In this document: in pieces, positions 1 to 9,773 of the stretch
Layout: each line of letters opens with the position of its first letter
How positions within the stretch are numbered: position 1 is the first letter of the stretch
Assembly: GCA_035650875.1 (NCBI GenBank)
Contig: DASRGU010000013.1
Span: 14,495-78,494 of the forward strand
Reading direction: 5' to 3'
Source of the DNA: Vulcanimicrobiaceae bacterium
GTDB lineage: Bacteria; Vulcanimicrobiota; Vulcanimicrobiia; Vulcanimicrobiales; Vulcanimicrobiaceae
Length of the DNA stretch: 64,000 bases
Translations under genes and position numbers: made by a program
Notes under the pieces: model-generated
What the model was told of the DNA's origin: nothing
The model's database searches: none
What the model saw: the letters and a program-made list of their open reading frames with translations, nothing else

Positions 1-795
1 GGCGAGGACCGCGATCATCCCCGGCCGCATCTGCGGAAATTGGCCGACGAGCTCCGCGACCTGCTCGTAGTTGGTGCGCACGCGATCGAGGTCTTCCGGC
101 GTGACGCTCGAGAGATTGCGATACACCTGCTTGTCGAGCATCAGCTCTTCGCGGCCCTGCGGCCACACGCGCCACGAGTCGTTGTCGATGACGTCGGCGA
201 TGACGAGCTGGCCTTTCCCTTCGCCGCTGGCGAGGCGGCCGAACTCGATCTTGAGGTCGACGAGCAAGGCGTTGTGACGGCGCCAGGCGTGGGCGAGGAT
301 CTCGTACGTGATCCGCGCCAGCTCGGTGATCGTTCCGACCTCTTGCGGCGACGCGATGCCGTTCGCGACGATCGCGTCGGGATCGATCTCCGGGTCGTGG
401 TTCGCATCGTCCTTGAGAAAGAATTCGATCATCCGCGGAACGAGCAGCGCGCCGCGCTGCATCCCCGGACGCCGGCGCACGAGCGAGCCGGCCGCGACGC
501 CGCGGATGACGACTTCGAGCGGGATCATCTGCGCGCGGCGGACGAGCATCTCGTTGTCGTCGTCGTCCTCGCCGCCGTTCAGGTAGTGCGTCGGCAGCCC
601 GCACAAGTTCAGCAGCCGGAAGACGCGCGCCGTCGTCTGCGCCGCGAGCCTGCCTTTGCCGGGCATCTCGTCACGCCGCGCGCCGTCGCCGGCCGTGATC
701 GCGTCCATCTGCTTGACGATCGCGACATCCGGCTGCCCCTCCAGCTCGAAAAGAACTTTGGTCTTGCCGCGAGCGATCTCCAGCCCTTTTTTCAT
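1..795 (-). CDS. purC: SAICAR synthetase PurC, PAICS-like; frame stays open to the left window edge (possible PurC-PurE fusion), partial
   Basis: Manual translation from ATG at 795 (ATGA overlap with purB stop): MKKGLEIARGKTKVLF...DAITAGDG...GKGRLAAQTTARVFRLLN...MIPLEVVIR...DVIDNDSWRVW...DKQVYR; continues ...PQMRPGMIAVLA with no stop. Confidence 0.9.
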   Translation of the reverse strand, partial: MKKGLEIARGKTKVLFELEGQPDVAIVKQMDAITAGDGARRDEMPGKGRLAAQTTARVFRLLNLCGLPTHYLNGGEDDDDNEMLVRRAQMIPLEVVIRGVAAGSLVRRRPGMQRGALLVPRMIEFFLKDDANHDPEIDPDAIVANGIASPQEVGTITELARITYEILAHAWRRHNALLVDLKIEFGRLASGEGKGQLVIADVIDNDSWRVWPQGREELMLDKQVYRNLSSVTPEDLDRVRTNYEQVAELVGQFPQMRPGMIAVLA

Positions 796-2189
796 GCTTT
801 CTCTACTGTATCGCGGATGCGTTTCGCGAGCCTGCGGGCGCGCTGCGGGGCGTCGCCGACGTGGCCGGTCGGGTCGAGGCGCTCGCGCACTTCGGCCGGG
901 TCGACCCAGCGAGCGATCCGTTCGTCGTCGGCGAGCAGGCGGGCGAGCGGGTTCGACTCGCCGTTCGCGAGCGCGTCGTACGCGTGCATCGCGCTCTCGC
1001 GGATCACCTCGTGCAGCTCCTGGCGGTTGGCGCCGCGCTTCGCGGCTTCCATCAGAATCGCTTCCGTTCCGGAGAACGGACCGTAGGTCCGCAGGTTCTC
1101 CGCGATGCGGCGCTCGTCCACGCGCATGCCGTCGACGATCTTCTTCGCGAGCGAGAGGATTTCGTCCGCGCAGAGCAGCGCTTCGGGAAGGATCGTGCGG
1201 CGGTTCGCGCTGTCGTCGAGCGTGCGTTCGAGCAGGTTCGTCGCGGCGTTTTGCCACGCGACGTCGGCGTACGCGGGCAGGAGGCGCGCGAGCGAGTCGA
1301 TGCGCTCGGCCATGACGGGATTGCGCTTGAACGGCATCGCGCTCGAACCGACTTGTTTCGCGCCGAACGGCTCGGCGAGATCGCCGAAGGCGGGGCTCGC
1401 GAGGACGCGCACGTCGAAGGCGAACTTCGAAAGCGACGCGCCGAGCCCGGCGAGCGTCGAGAGCAGCAGGTAGTCGAGCTTGCGCGGATACGTCTGCGTC
1501 GCGACGTCGCGCGCCTGCAGACCGAAGTGCGAGAGCACGTCGGCTTCCTGGTCCTCCGGCGTCACGCCGGTGCCGGCCAGCAGCCGCGCGTACGAGGCCG
1601 ACGTGCCGACCGCGCCGCGAATGCCCTTCGCCGTGAGCTGCTCGCGCGCCGCGAACAGCATGGCGCGGTCGATGAGCAAATCTTGCGCGTACACGGCGAG
1701 ACGATAGCCCAGCGTCGTCGGCTCGGCGGGCTGCAGGTGCGTGTAGCCCATGCACACGAGGTCGGCGTGGCGCTCGATGCGCGCCGCGAACGCCACGAGC
1801 ACGTCGTCGAGCCCGGCGGCGATCTGCTCGAGCGCCAGGCGCAGCCGGAACGTCTCGACCGTGTCCTCCACGTCCATCGACGTCGCGCCGAGATGGATCT
1901 TCCCGCCGCCGACGGTCGCCTGTCTCGCGTAGACGCGAATCTCCGCCATGAGATCGTGCCCGATCTCGCGTTCGATCTCGAGCGCCGCATCGATGTCGAT
2001 CGCGTCGGCATGCGCGCGCAGATCGTCGAGCTCCGCCTGCGAGACGAGCCCCGCGCGCCGCTGCGCGTCCGCGAGCGCGACCCACACGGCGCGCCACAGC
2101 TTGCGGCGACCACGCTCGGAGAACAGCTCGCGCATCGCCGGCCGGCCGTAGCGCCACGAGAACGGCGAGGCGTAGGTGGTGTCGTTCAC
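792..2189 (-). CDS. purB: Adenylosuccinate lyase
   Basis: GSSAMPFKRNP signature, GYTHLQPAEPTT, adjacent to purC. Confidence 0.95.
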   Translation of the reverse strand: MNDTTYASPFSWRYGRPAMRELFSERGRRKLWRAVWVALADAQRRAGLVSQAELDDLRAHADAIDIDAALEIEREIGHDLMAEIRVYARQATVGGGKIHLGATSMDVEDTVETFRLRLALEQIAAGLDDVLVAFAARIERHADLVCMGYTHLQPAEPTTLGYRLAVYAQDLLIDRAMLFAAREQLTAKGIRGAVGTSASYARLLAGTGVTPEDQEADVLSHFGLQARDVATQTYPRKLDYLLLSTLAGLGASLSKFAFDVRVLASPAFGDLAEPFGAKQVGSSAMPFKRNPVMAERIDSLARLLPAYADVAWQNAATNLLERTLDDSANRRTILPEALLCADEILSLAKKIVDGMRVDERRIAENLRTYGPFSGTEAILMEAAKRGANRQELHEVIRESAMHAYDALANGESNPLARLLADDERIARWVDPAEVRERLDPTGHVGDAPQRARRLAKRIRDTVEKA

Positions 2190-2263
2190 GATCCGGCGCG
2201 TCCGCTTCGCGCCTGCACGGGGATCGGCCTCGACGAGAAACGTCTCAGCGGCCCGGCCTGCCG

Positions 2264-3136
2264 CTAGAAGCCGTAACCGGTGGTCGTCTCCTGCACCGCG
2301 ATGAGCGAGAGGAAATTGTTCGCGCCGTTCACGGCATACAGCTCGTAGGTCGCCGGCGAGGACGGCGCACCGACGGAGACCTCGGCCGGCGTCGGCTCGA
2401 CGTACGCCTGTGCGGTGAAGGTCAAGGGCGACGACGGCTGGGTGGGCAGGAGGCTCGGGCCGGTCGCTTGGTTGACGACGGCCGTCGTCCCCGACGGCTT
2501 TGCGATCGGCACCGACGTCTCGCCCGGGATCGGCGTGTCTCCGCTCGCGCTGAGATAGCCGAACGTGAGGGGCTCACCCTCGGCGACGTTGTGGGCGACG
2601 GCCTGGATCCCGGCCGGGACGGCGGCGAAGTCTGGCTCGGCGAAGACGTAGAGCGCGGACGTGGCGGTGCCGCGGCCGCCGAGAACGACGGTCAGCCGCG
2701 AGCCGGTCGTCGAGGCGGGCGGCGACAGCACCGTATACGCGATCGGCGCCTCGCCGAAGTACGGGCCGGGCGCGGTCGCGCACTCGCTCCCGGGCGCGGT
2801 TCCCGCAGTCGGCGCGTAGACGCTGATCACGTGCGCGCTTCCGTTGCCGCCGCTCACCGCGTACAGGGCGCTGGCGTGAGAATACGCGACCGAACTTCCC
2901 GTGTACGCGAGCGGCAGCTGGTCAACGCACACATCCACGCTGGCGTAGCCGACCGACCCCTGCACGAACCGGATCAGCGCCGAGCCCGTTCCGGCCGGGA
3001 CGTTCGACCCCGAGCCGCCGCCGGCGTTGTTCGGCGGACCCGCGTACGGCAGCGAGGTTCCGCCGACCGCGCAGCCGCCGAGCGCGACCGCGAGCAGCGC
3101 GCAGAGCGACGGACGGGCGTGACGGCGGCGCATCAC
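2264..3136 (-). CDS. Secreted lipoprotein, DUF4397-like
   Basis: Signal/lipobox-like LGGC; ALIRFVQGSVGYASVDVCVD resembles the DUF4397 N-terminus. Confidence 0.55.
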   Translation of the reverse strand: MMRRRHARPSLCALLAVALGGCAVGGTSLPYAGPPNNAGGGSGSNVPAGTGSALIRFVQGSVGYASVDVCVDQLPLAYTGSSVAYSHASALYAVSGGNGSAHVISVYAPTAGTAPGSECATAPGPYFGEAPIAYTVLSPPASTTGSRLTVVLGGRGTATSALYVFAEPDFAAVPAGIQAVAHNVAEGEPLTFGYLSASGDTPIPGETSVPIAKPSGTTAVVNQATGPSLLPTQPSSPLTFTAQAYVEPTPAEVSVGAPSSPATYELYAVNGANNFLSLIAVQETTTGYGF

Positions 3137-3176
3137 GGTCGCCTTGGATCGCGCGAGAAACGACTCCTTTGGTTCG

Positions 3177-4163
3177 TCAGCGGGACGGAGCGAGCCGCGC
3201 GACGTCGGCGGTCAGCAGCTCGATCATCGCGCGCGGGTCCTCGAACCGGCCGGTGACGACCGCCTCGAAGCCCCGCACGGCCGCTTCGTAGCCGTAGCGC
3301 GCCCGCCGTTCCCCGAGCCGCCGCGCGATCGGCCGCAGGATGCGCTCGCGCCAGCGATGCCGGGGCGGCAGATCGCCCCCGCCGGGCCGCGCCAGCTCCC
3401 ACAGCAGCGCGAACTCGTTGGCGAGCGCGCTGGCGAGCGGCACCGCCGCGCCGCGCGGGTCGTTCGCGAAGAGATCGAAGGCGATCGCGAGCGCTTCGGA
3501 CGGACGTCCTTCGATCACCGCCGCGGCATACTGCCACGCCTTCGGGTCTTCGACGCTCAGACTTTCGCGCTCGAGGTCCGCGACGGTGATCGTGCCGCCG
3601 GCGAGCGCGAGCTTCTCGAGATCGTTGCGGATCGCGCCGAGGTCGCCTTCGCTCTCCGCGAGCATCGCGACGACGCGCGGCTGCGCCTTCGCGCCAAGCC
3701 GCTCGAGCGTCTCGCGCACGAACCGCTCGCGCACTTCGGCGTTCGGCGTGGTGTCGATGCGCAGCGCCTTGCGCCCCGCGAGCTGGCCGAACGGCTCGGG
3801 CTTCGTCTTCTTCGCCGGCGGAAAGAGGTCTTCGAGCACCAGCGTGTTGCCCGCCGGGACGTTCTCCGCCGCGGCCCACAGATCGCGCCGCGGCTGCGCG
3901 CGCATGCGCTGGCAGTTCCGAACGACGACGACGCGGCGCTCGGCGAGGAACGGCATCGCCGTCACCGCGTCGCCGACGACGCGCCCGATCGCATCGCTCT
4001 CCGGGCCCTCGATGACGTCGCAGTTCAGCGCGCGCATGTCCTCGGGCAGCAGACGATCGAGCACGACGTCGAGCGCGCGCTGCGCGAGGATGGCATCCTC
4101 GCCCTCGATCACCACGAGCGCGTCGATCTTCGGCTCGCGATCGAGGAAGTCGTAGAATCTCAC
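3177..4163 (-). CDS. holA: DNA polymerase III delta subunit
   Basis: GTG start overlapping mtnA stop; IEGEDAILAQRALD, AMPFLAERRVVVVRN, DLGAIRNDLEKLAL motifs. Confidence 0.88.
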   Translation of the reverse strand: MRFYDFLDREPKIDALVVIEGEDAILAQRALDVVLDRLLPEDMRALNCDVIEGPESDAIGRVVGDAVTAMPFLAERRVVVVRNCQRMRAQPRRDLWAAAENVPAGNTLVLEDLFPPAKKTKPEPFGQLAGRKALRIDTTPNAEVRERFVRETLERLGAKAQPRVVAMLAESEGDLGAIRNDLEKLALAGGTITVADLERESLSVEDPKAWQYAAAVIEGRPSEALAIAFDLFANDPRGAAVPLASALANEFALLWELARPGGGDLPPRHRWRERILRPIARRLGERRARYGYEAAVRGFEAVVTGRFEDPRAMIELLTADVARLAPSR

Positions 4164-5149
4164 GGTGCCGGCGCGAGAAACAGCTTCGGGCGCGTCTCGA
4201 GATCGGGGATCGAGTCGGCGTAGGGCGGTGCGATCACGCCGTACTCGGTGATGAAGCCGGTGACGAGGCGCGCCGGCGTCACGTCGAAGGCGGGATTGTA
4301 GACGGGATCGTCGGGGGCGATGCGCACTTCGTCGGGGTTGCGCTCCTCGATCGGGATCTCGTCGCCGGACTCCAGCGCGAAGTCGAACGTCGAACGCGGC
4401 GCGGCGACGTAGAACGGGATGCCGAGGTGCGCGGCGATGATCGCGACGCCGTACGTGCCGATCTTGTTCGCGGTGTCGCCGTTGCGTGCGATGCGGTCGG
4501 CGCCGACGACGACGGCGCGGACGTCGCGCCGGCGCATCGTGATCGCGGCCGCGCTGTCGACGATGAGCGTGCACGGCACGCCCGCTTCGCGCAGCTCGAA
4601 CATGGTGAGGCGCGCGCCCTGCAGCAGCGGGCGCGTCTCGTCGACGAACACGTGCAGCGCCTTCCCGGCCCGGTGCGCCGCGACGAAGCAGCCCAGCGCG
4701 GTGCCGTCGCCGCCGGTCGCGATCGGCCCGGTGTTGCAGTGCGTGAGCACGTTGCCGCTCGCCGGAAAGAGCGCGACGGACGCCTCGCCGATGCGGCGGT
4801 CGACCTCGCGCTGCTCGTCGTGGATGCGCTGCGCCTCGCCGAGCTCGTCGCCGGGCACGGCGAGGATGCGGTCCACCGCCCAGGCCAGATTCACGGCGGT
4901 CGGCCGGGCCGCGCGGATGCGCGCGGCGGCGGCCTCATAGGCGGGCCGGTCGGCACGCAGCCGCTGTGCGACGAGCGCGACGCCGTACGCGCCGAAGATG
5001 CCGATCGCCGGCGCGCCGCGCACCGCGAGCGTCGCGATCGCCTCGACGATCTCGTCGACCGACGAAGCGCGCGCGCGAACGACGGAGCGCGGAAGCGCCC
5101 GCTGATCGACGTAACCGACGGCGTCGCCGTCGAACCAAACCGAATCCAC
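4160..5149 (-). CDS. mtnA: S-methyl-5-thioribose-1-phosphate isomerase
   Basis: VRGAPAIG, LTHCNTG, DETRPLLQGARLT, VGADRIARNGDTANKIGTY, NPAFDVTP. Confidence 0.95.
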   Translation of the reverse strand: MDSVWFDGDAVGYVDQRALPRSVVRARASSVDEIVEAIATLAVRGAPAIGIFGAYGVALVAQRLRADRPAYEAAAARIRAARPTAVNLAWAVDRILAVPGDELGEAQRIHDEQREVDRRIGEASVALFPASGNVLTHCNTGPIATGGDGTALGCFVAAHRAGKALHVFVDETRPLLQGARLTMFELREAGVPCTLIVDSAAAITMRRRDVRAVVVGADRIARNGDTANKIGTYGVAIIAAHLGIPFYVAAPRSTFDFALESGDEIPIEERNPDEVRIAPDDPVYNPAFDVTPARLVTGFITEYGVIAPPYADSIPDLETRPKLFLAPAP

Positions 5150-5176
5150 GGCCCGCGGATTCGGCGGGAGCGACTG

Positions 5177-5491
5177 TTAGGCCCGCACCGCCTGCATCGC
5201 CGAGTAGCAGCTCCTGCAGTACACCGGGCGGTCGCCGCGCGGGCGGAACGGCACCGTGGTCGCGCTCTCGCATTGCGCGCACACGGCGTCGAACATCTCG
5301 CGCAGCCCCGCGGTCGACGTCGGTATGACCCCGAGCCCGGCGGAGCGCTGCGCCTTGCGCGCGCTGCGGCACTCGCGGCAACGCTGCGGCTCGTTTTCGA
5401 AGCCCTTCTCGGCGTAGAACATCTGGTCTCGCACCGTGAAGTCGAACGTGGCGGCGCAGTCTTTGCAGATCAAAAGCTTGTTTTCGTACAC
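5177..5491 (-). CDS. Double zinc-ribbon protein (CxxC-x17-CxxC domain family)
   Basis: GTG start with GAGGT SD; CKDC..FY.EKGFENEPQRCREC and CAQC..VPFRPRGDRPVYCRSC. Confidence 0.9.
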   Translation of the reverse strand: MYENKLLICKDCAATFDFTVRDQMFYAEKGFENEPQRCRECRSARKAQRSAGLGVIPTSTAGLREMFDAVCAQCESATTVPFRPRGDRPVYCRSCYSAMQAVRA

Positions 5492-5664
5492 CGACCTCGA
5501 CCGGGCGACATACGACGCCCGGCCCCCATGGGACTTGGACGGAAAAACCCGCGCCGGCCGAAGACCGACGTCGGTACCCGCGAGTATACGGGAGAGGCGT
5601 GTTCTTGGCAACGGGGCAGCGAAAGCGTCGAGGAGCGCCCGCCGCCCCGGCGAATCGGCCCTGC

Positions 5665-6411
5665 ATGAAAGCGGGTGTCGTCGCGATTCTCGTCGCTTTC
5701 GCGTGCGCGGCAGCCGGGCAGCCGGCGCGCGCCCAACTGTTTCCGCCCTCACCGCCGGCGTCGATCGCGCCGTGCATGAGGCAGATGGCGCTGACGACGG
5801 TCGACGGAAATCCGAACGCTGCGATCCTGCGCATCGGGTACTGGACGCTGCCGCTCGCCGGCGACGTCCGCGTCTACGGGCACGACGTCATGTGGCACGC
5901 GACGCTTCACAACGGTGCAACGGCCGTGCAGCCTTTTCGGCCGCGCAATGCGCTCGAAGCGTCGGTCGAGCTGCACGCGCCCGGGCCCATCGAAGGCGTC
6001 GAGTTCACGCCGAGCGGCGCCTCGTGCACGCTGCATGCGGGACTCCGGCGGCCCACCATGTTCGACGGCGAGGCCGTACAGCGCCCGATCGTCGTTGCGA
6101 CGGATCCCGCGCCGGTCGCTCCGCCGTCATGTGCAAATCCGTATGCGTCGGTGCGCGTCGTGCGGGCGGCAGAGCCCGTGGCGCCGCCGATGGCGCGCCA
6201 GCAGGGGATCGCCGGCGACGTCACGGTGGCGCTCGCCGTCGACCGAACCGGCACCGTGACGTACGAGCAAATCCTGAGCTCACCGTCGGTCATCTTGAAC
6301 GCTGCGGGCGTCAACAGCGCGCGTACGTCGAAATTCTCACCAGCGGTCTTCCGCTGCGTGCCGGTGGACAACGGCTATGTCTTCGCTGCGGCCTTCGTGT
6401 CGGGCAGCTGA
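5665..6411 (+). CDS. Secreted protein with C-terminal TonB domain
   Basis: Signal peptide MKAGVVAILVAFACA; PPMARQQGIAGDVTVALAVDRTG...KFSPA TonB_C pattern. Confidence 0.75.
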   Translation: MKAGVVAILVAFACAAAGQPARAQLFPPSPPASIAPCMRQMALTTVDGNPNAAILRIGYWTLPLAGDVRVYGHDVMWHATLHNGATAVQPFRPRNALEASVELHAPGPIEGVEFTPSGASCTLHAGLRRPTMFDGEAVQRPIVVATDPAPVAPPSCANPYASVRVVRAAEPVAPPMARQQGIAGDVTVALAVDRTGTVTYEQILSSPSVILNAAGVNSARTSKFSPAVFRCVPVDNGYVFAAAFVSGS

Positions 6412-6426
6412 AGATCGAAGGCCGGG

Positions 6427-6921
6427 CTAGCGAAAGCCCATCCGGCCGGCGACTTCGCGGCGCGGCTCGATCATCGCGACGGTCGCGGCCGCGACGGCGG
6501 CGTCGTAGCCTTTGTCGCCGCGCGCGGGGTCGGCGCGCTCTTCCGCTTGTGCGCGGTTGTCGGTGGTCAGAACGCCGAAACCGATGGGTATTCCGCTGGC
6601 GAGCTGGACGTCCATGATCCCGCGCGCGCACTCGCCGGCGACAAAGTCGAAGTGCGGCGTCTCACCGCGGATCACGACGCCGAGCGCGACTACGCCGTCG
6701 AGCTTCCCAGTCGCGAGCAGTCGGCGTGCCGCGAGCGGCAGCTCGAAGCAGCCGGGAACGCGGAACGTCTCGATCGCATCGGGATCGATCCCGCAGTCGA
6801 CCAGGCCGCGGCGCGCGCCGTCCTCGAGCCAGGCCGCGAGATCGGCGTAGAAGTCGGCGACGACGATCGCGAAGCGCTTCCCGGAAGCGTCGGGAAGCGC
6901 GTGCCGCTTGTCGGTCTTCAT
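6427..6921 (-). CDS. ribH: 6,7-dimethyl-8-ribityllumazine synthase
   Basis: [31 protein letters not shown]; ATGA overlap with ribBA stop. Confidence 0.95.
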   Translation of the reverse strand: MKTDKRHALPDASGKRFAIVVADFYADLAAWLEDGARRGLVDCGIDPDAIETFRVPGCFELPLAARRLLATGKLDGVVALGVVIRGETPHFDFVAGECARGIMDVQLASGIPIGFGVLTTDNRAQAEERADPARGDKGYDAAVAAATVAMIEPRREVAGRMGFR

Positions 6922-8339
6922 TCCGCTCCGGCGGGATTCGGCGCGCCGAACATGTGCCCCATCTTCTCCCGCTTCGTCTCCATGTAGTACGCATTGTACG
7001 GTGTGGGAGCGATCTGGATCGCGACGCGCTCTTTGATCGTCAGCCCGTACCCCTCGAGGCCGGCGATCTTCTTCGGGTTGTTGGTGAGAAGCCGCATCTC
7101 GCGCACGCCGAGATCGTGCAGGATCTGCGAACCGATGCCGTAGTCGCGTTTGTCGGCGGGAAGGCCGAGCAGCACGTTGGCCTCGACCGTGTCGGCCCCG
7201 GCATCCTGCAGCGCGTACGCTTTCAGCTTGTTGGCGAGCCCGATCCCGCGGCCTTCCTGGTGGAGATACAGGAACACGCCGCGGCCTTCGCGCGCGATCG
7301 CCGCCATCGCAGCGTCCCTCTGCGGCCCGCAGTCGCAGCGCAGCGAGTGCAGCGCATCGCCGGTGAGACATTCGCTGTGGACGCGCACGAGAACGTCCTT
7401 TCCCTCACCGATGTCGCCCATCACGAGCGCGACGTGCGCGATCTTCTCCTTGTCGGTCGTCGTCTCGTACGCGACGCCGCGAAAGACGCCGTACCCAGTC
7501 GGCAGCGAGAATTCCGCGATTCGCGCGACGAGCTTCTCGTGCCGCATGCGGTACGCGATCAAGTCTTTGACCGTGATCATCCGCAAACCGTGCTTCTCGG
7601 AGAACTCTTTGAGGCCGTCGCGGCGCATCATCGTGCCGTCGTCCGCCATGATCTCGCAGATCACGCCGGCGGGATACAGCCCCGCGAGTCGCGCCAGATC
7701 GACCGCAGCTTCGGTTTGACCCGCGCGCACGAGCACACCGCCTTCGCGCGCGCGCAGCGGAAACGTGTGCCCGGGCCGCAGGAAGTCGGCCGGCCCGCAG
7801 TTCGGGTCGACGAGCGCCTTGATCGTATTCGCGCGATCGTGCGCGGAAATGCCCGTGGTGACCCGCCCGCGCGCCTCGACTGAGACCGAGAACGCCGTCC
7901 CGAGCGGGGCGGTGTTGTCGTTGACCATGTTCGGGATCTGCAGTTCGTCCAGCCGCTCGGACGTCATCGGGACGCAGATCAGCCCCCCGGCCTCCTTGCG
8001 CATGAAGTTGATCGCCTCGGGCGTCACCTTGACAGCTGCCATGACGAGGTCGCCCTCGTTCTCCCGATCCTCGTCGTCGAGGACGATCACCATCTGCCCG
8101 TCACGGATCGCCGCGATCGCCGACTCGATGGAGTCCATCCGCACCCGCTCGGCATCTTGGCCGGCCAGCGTAGGAAGCACCGCGGCGAGTGCCTTGACCG
8201 TGCGGTAGGTCGGCTCCCGCCGCCCGCTCCGAAGCAGCGAGATCGCGGACTCCGTAAGGCCGGAGCGCTGCGCCACTTGCGCTGCCGTTAGGCCCGCACC
8301 CGCCATCGCCGCCTGAAGCTCGTCCGCGAACCGTTCCAT
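6918..8339 (-). CDS. ribBA: XRE helix-turn-helix fused to bifunctional DHBP synthase/GTP cyclohydrolase II
   Basis: N-terminal about 65 aa [35 protein letters not shown], in frame with [13 protein letters not shown]...[10 protein letters not shown]...CDCG...QEGRGIGL. Confidence 0.92.
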   Translation of the reverse strand: MERFADELQAAMAGAGLTAAQVAQRSGLTESAISLLRSGRREPTYRTVKALAAVLPTLAGQDAERVRMDSIESAIAAIRDGQMVIVLDDEDRENEGDLVMAAVKVTPEAINFMRKEAGGLICVPMTSERLDELQIPNMVNDNTAPLGTAFSVSVEARGRVTTGISAHDRANTIKALVDPNCGPADFLRPGHTFPLRAREGGVLVRAGQTEAAVDLARLAGLYPAGVICEIMADDGTMMRRDGLKEFSEKHGLRMITVKDLIAYRMRHEKLVARIAEFSLPTGYGVFRGVAYETTTDKEKIAHVALVMGDIGEGKDVLVRVHSECLTGDALHSLRCDCGPQRDAAMAAIAREGRGVFLYLHQEGRGIGLANKLKAYALQDAGADTVEANVLLGLPADKRDYGIGSQILHDLGVREMRLLTNNPKKIAGLEGYGLTIKERVAIQIAPTPYNAYYMETKREKMGHMFGAPNPAGAE

Positions 8340-8345
8340 ACGACA

Positions 8346-8374
8346 AGCCTCTCGCATGGCTTTGCAGATGTCAA
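8346..8374 (-). promoter_or_regulatory. Putative sigma70 promoter of HTH-ribBA (TTGACA-17-GAGGCT), possibly leaderless
   Basis: Perfect TTGACA at 8374-8369; weak -10 at 8351-8346 ending 7 nt before ATG 8339; no SD. Confidence 0.4.
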
Positions 8375-8530
8375 GGCGATATACTATAGGCACCAGCCTT
8401 TTCGTCGCGGTAGCTTGCTTCAGGACGGCGGCCCCGCTGGTGCCGCGAGGCGTTCGAGCCCGCACCCTGGGGTCGTCGTCCCGCAGCCCGCGCGGGGCTC
8501 GCGAGGCGGGCGTCGGAGTAGCGTCGGGAT

Positions 8531-9592
8531 ATGGAGGATAACACAGGCGGAGCTGGCGACGGTTCAACCACCGAGCCGCCCGGGCAGCAATCTCGTCCCA
8601 GAAGGCCAGACCCCGCGACGATCTGGCTCGCGATTGCTCCCGCAATCGTGTTGACGGTATTCCCGCACCTGTGGCCTCTGGTGAAGGTTGCGATGCTGGA
8701 GGCGCTTGTTTGGAGTAGCGTCCACTGGCTATTTACTGCAGTGCGACCGCTCTACGCACTGAGTCTTCCAAAGAAAACGTGGATTCATATCGGCGTGGCC
8801 CTCGCCGCGTTTTATCCGTTATTGCTCGCCGTCAACGCCGCCAACCGTGTTGATACAGGAGCGCAAGGCACCAATGGTACAGGTTCGCCGTTCCTGCAAG
8901 GCGCCGCCGGGACAAGTTCGCCGTCTCCGAAACCCCGCACAGGGCGACAGACGGGCCACGGCCCCTCAAGGCCTACGTCGAAGCAGACGACCCAAGTAGC
9001 GTCAGCCGCTCCGACCCCGCAGCAGCGCCCGAAGATTGTAGTTATAGTCGCGACGCCGGTACCAACCCCTCGGCCAACGCCGACGCCGCACGTTACCGCA
9101 ACGCCGCATCCAACGCCGTCGCCGACGCCGACTCCGATAGCAGTCACGTTCCCAAGCGTTAGTGCGGAGTTTCAGCCTAATGCGCCGGGCACGCCGCCGG
9201 GTCGTGTAACGTTTCGGGTGGGTTATCAAATCGGCAACAGGACCGGTGGCGATATTGACGTCAAGCAATGCAGCGTGGCAACGACGTCGTTGGCGAGCGT
9301 CTCAATCGCTGATGCGGAGCAATATGTCCGAACCGGTTTTCGGTCAGAGAAGGCGGCGGGGCTCTGCCGTGCGAGTCCGTTCGTCACCGTCCCGTTTGGT
9401 ACGAACGGTATAGAGTACGTTGCGAACGGCAATATGTCGCAGGAAGATTATGCGAAGATTCAGGACCGCACCTCAACCTTTTACTATGCTGGCGAAATAA
9501 CGATCCGCGTCCCGAACGGCCGGACGAGAGTCTTTCCGATATGCGGTCGCAGCACGGGCAGCGCGGAAGTGTTTCTCTGCAATAAGGAGTAG
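8531..9592 (+). CDS. Hypothetical membrane-anchored protein with Pro/Thr-rich linker (IS cargo)
   Basis: N-terminal hydrophobic segments, [25 protein letters not shown] linker, beta-rich C-terminal domain; more AT-rich codons than flanks. Confidence 0.65.
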   Translation: MEDNTGGAGDGSTTEPPGQQSRPRRPDPATIWLAIAPAIVLTVFPHLWPLVKVAMLEALVWSSVHWLFTAVRPLYALSLPKKTWIHIGVALAAFYPLLLAVNAANRVDTGAQGTNGTGSPFLQGAAGTSSPSPKPRTGRQTGHGPSRPTSKQTTQVASAAPTPQQRPKIVVIVATPVPTPRPTPTPHVTATPHPTPSPTPTPIAVTFPSVSAEFQPNAPGTPPGRVTFRVGYQIGNRTGGDIDVKQCSVATTSLASVSIADAEQYVRTGFRSEKAAGLCRASPFVTVPFGTNGIEYVANGNMSQEDYAKIQDRTSTFYYAGEITIRVPNGRTRVFPICGRSTGSAEVFLCNKE

Positions 9593-9597
9593 CTAAA

Positions 9598-9756
9598 TTG
9601 GACGACGATCCCGAAAGATCGATGGAGCGATTCGAGGACCTTGGTCGCCGCGTTTTTCGCGTGACCAAAGAGGACCTAGCGCACGTCGAAGAATCCGACG
9701 ACGAAACCGCAGTCGAGGAATCCGAAACGACCGAGATCGTGGAGGGCGAGGACTAG
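9598..9756 (+). CDS. Small acidic protein (IS cargo)
   Basis: (L)DDDPERSMERFEDLGRRVFRVTKEDLAHVEESDDETAVEESETTEIVEGED*; below the ORF-track cutoff; alternative ATG at 9622. Confidence 0.45.
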   Translation: MDDDPERSMERFEDLGRRVFRVTKEDLAHVEESDDETAVEESETTEIVEGED

Positions 9757-9773
9757 ATGGCGACAATAGCGCC

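Noticed and set aside
9040-9140. Short tandem repeats as a CRISPR array or VNTR
   Set aside because: They are codons for a Pro/Thr linker. No repeat-spacer array or cas gene was seen anywhere in the window.
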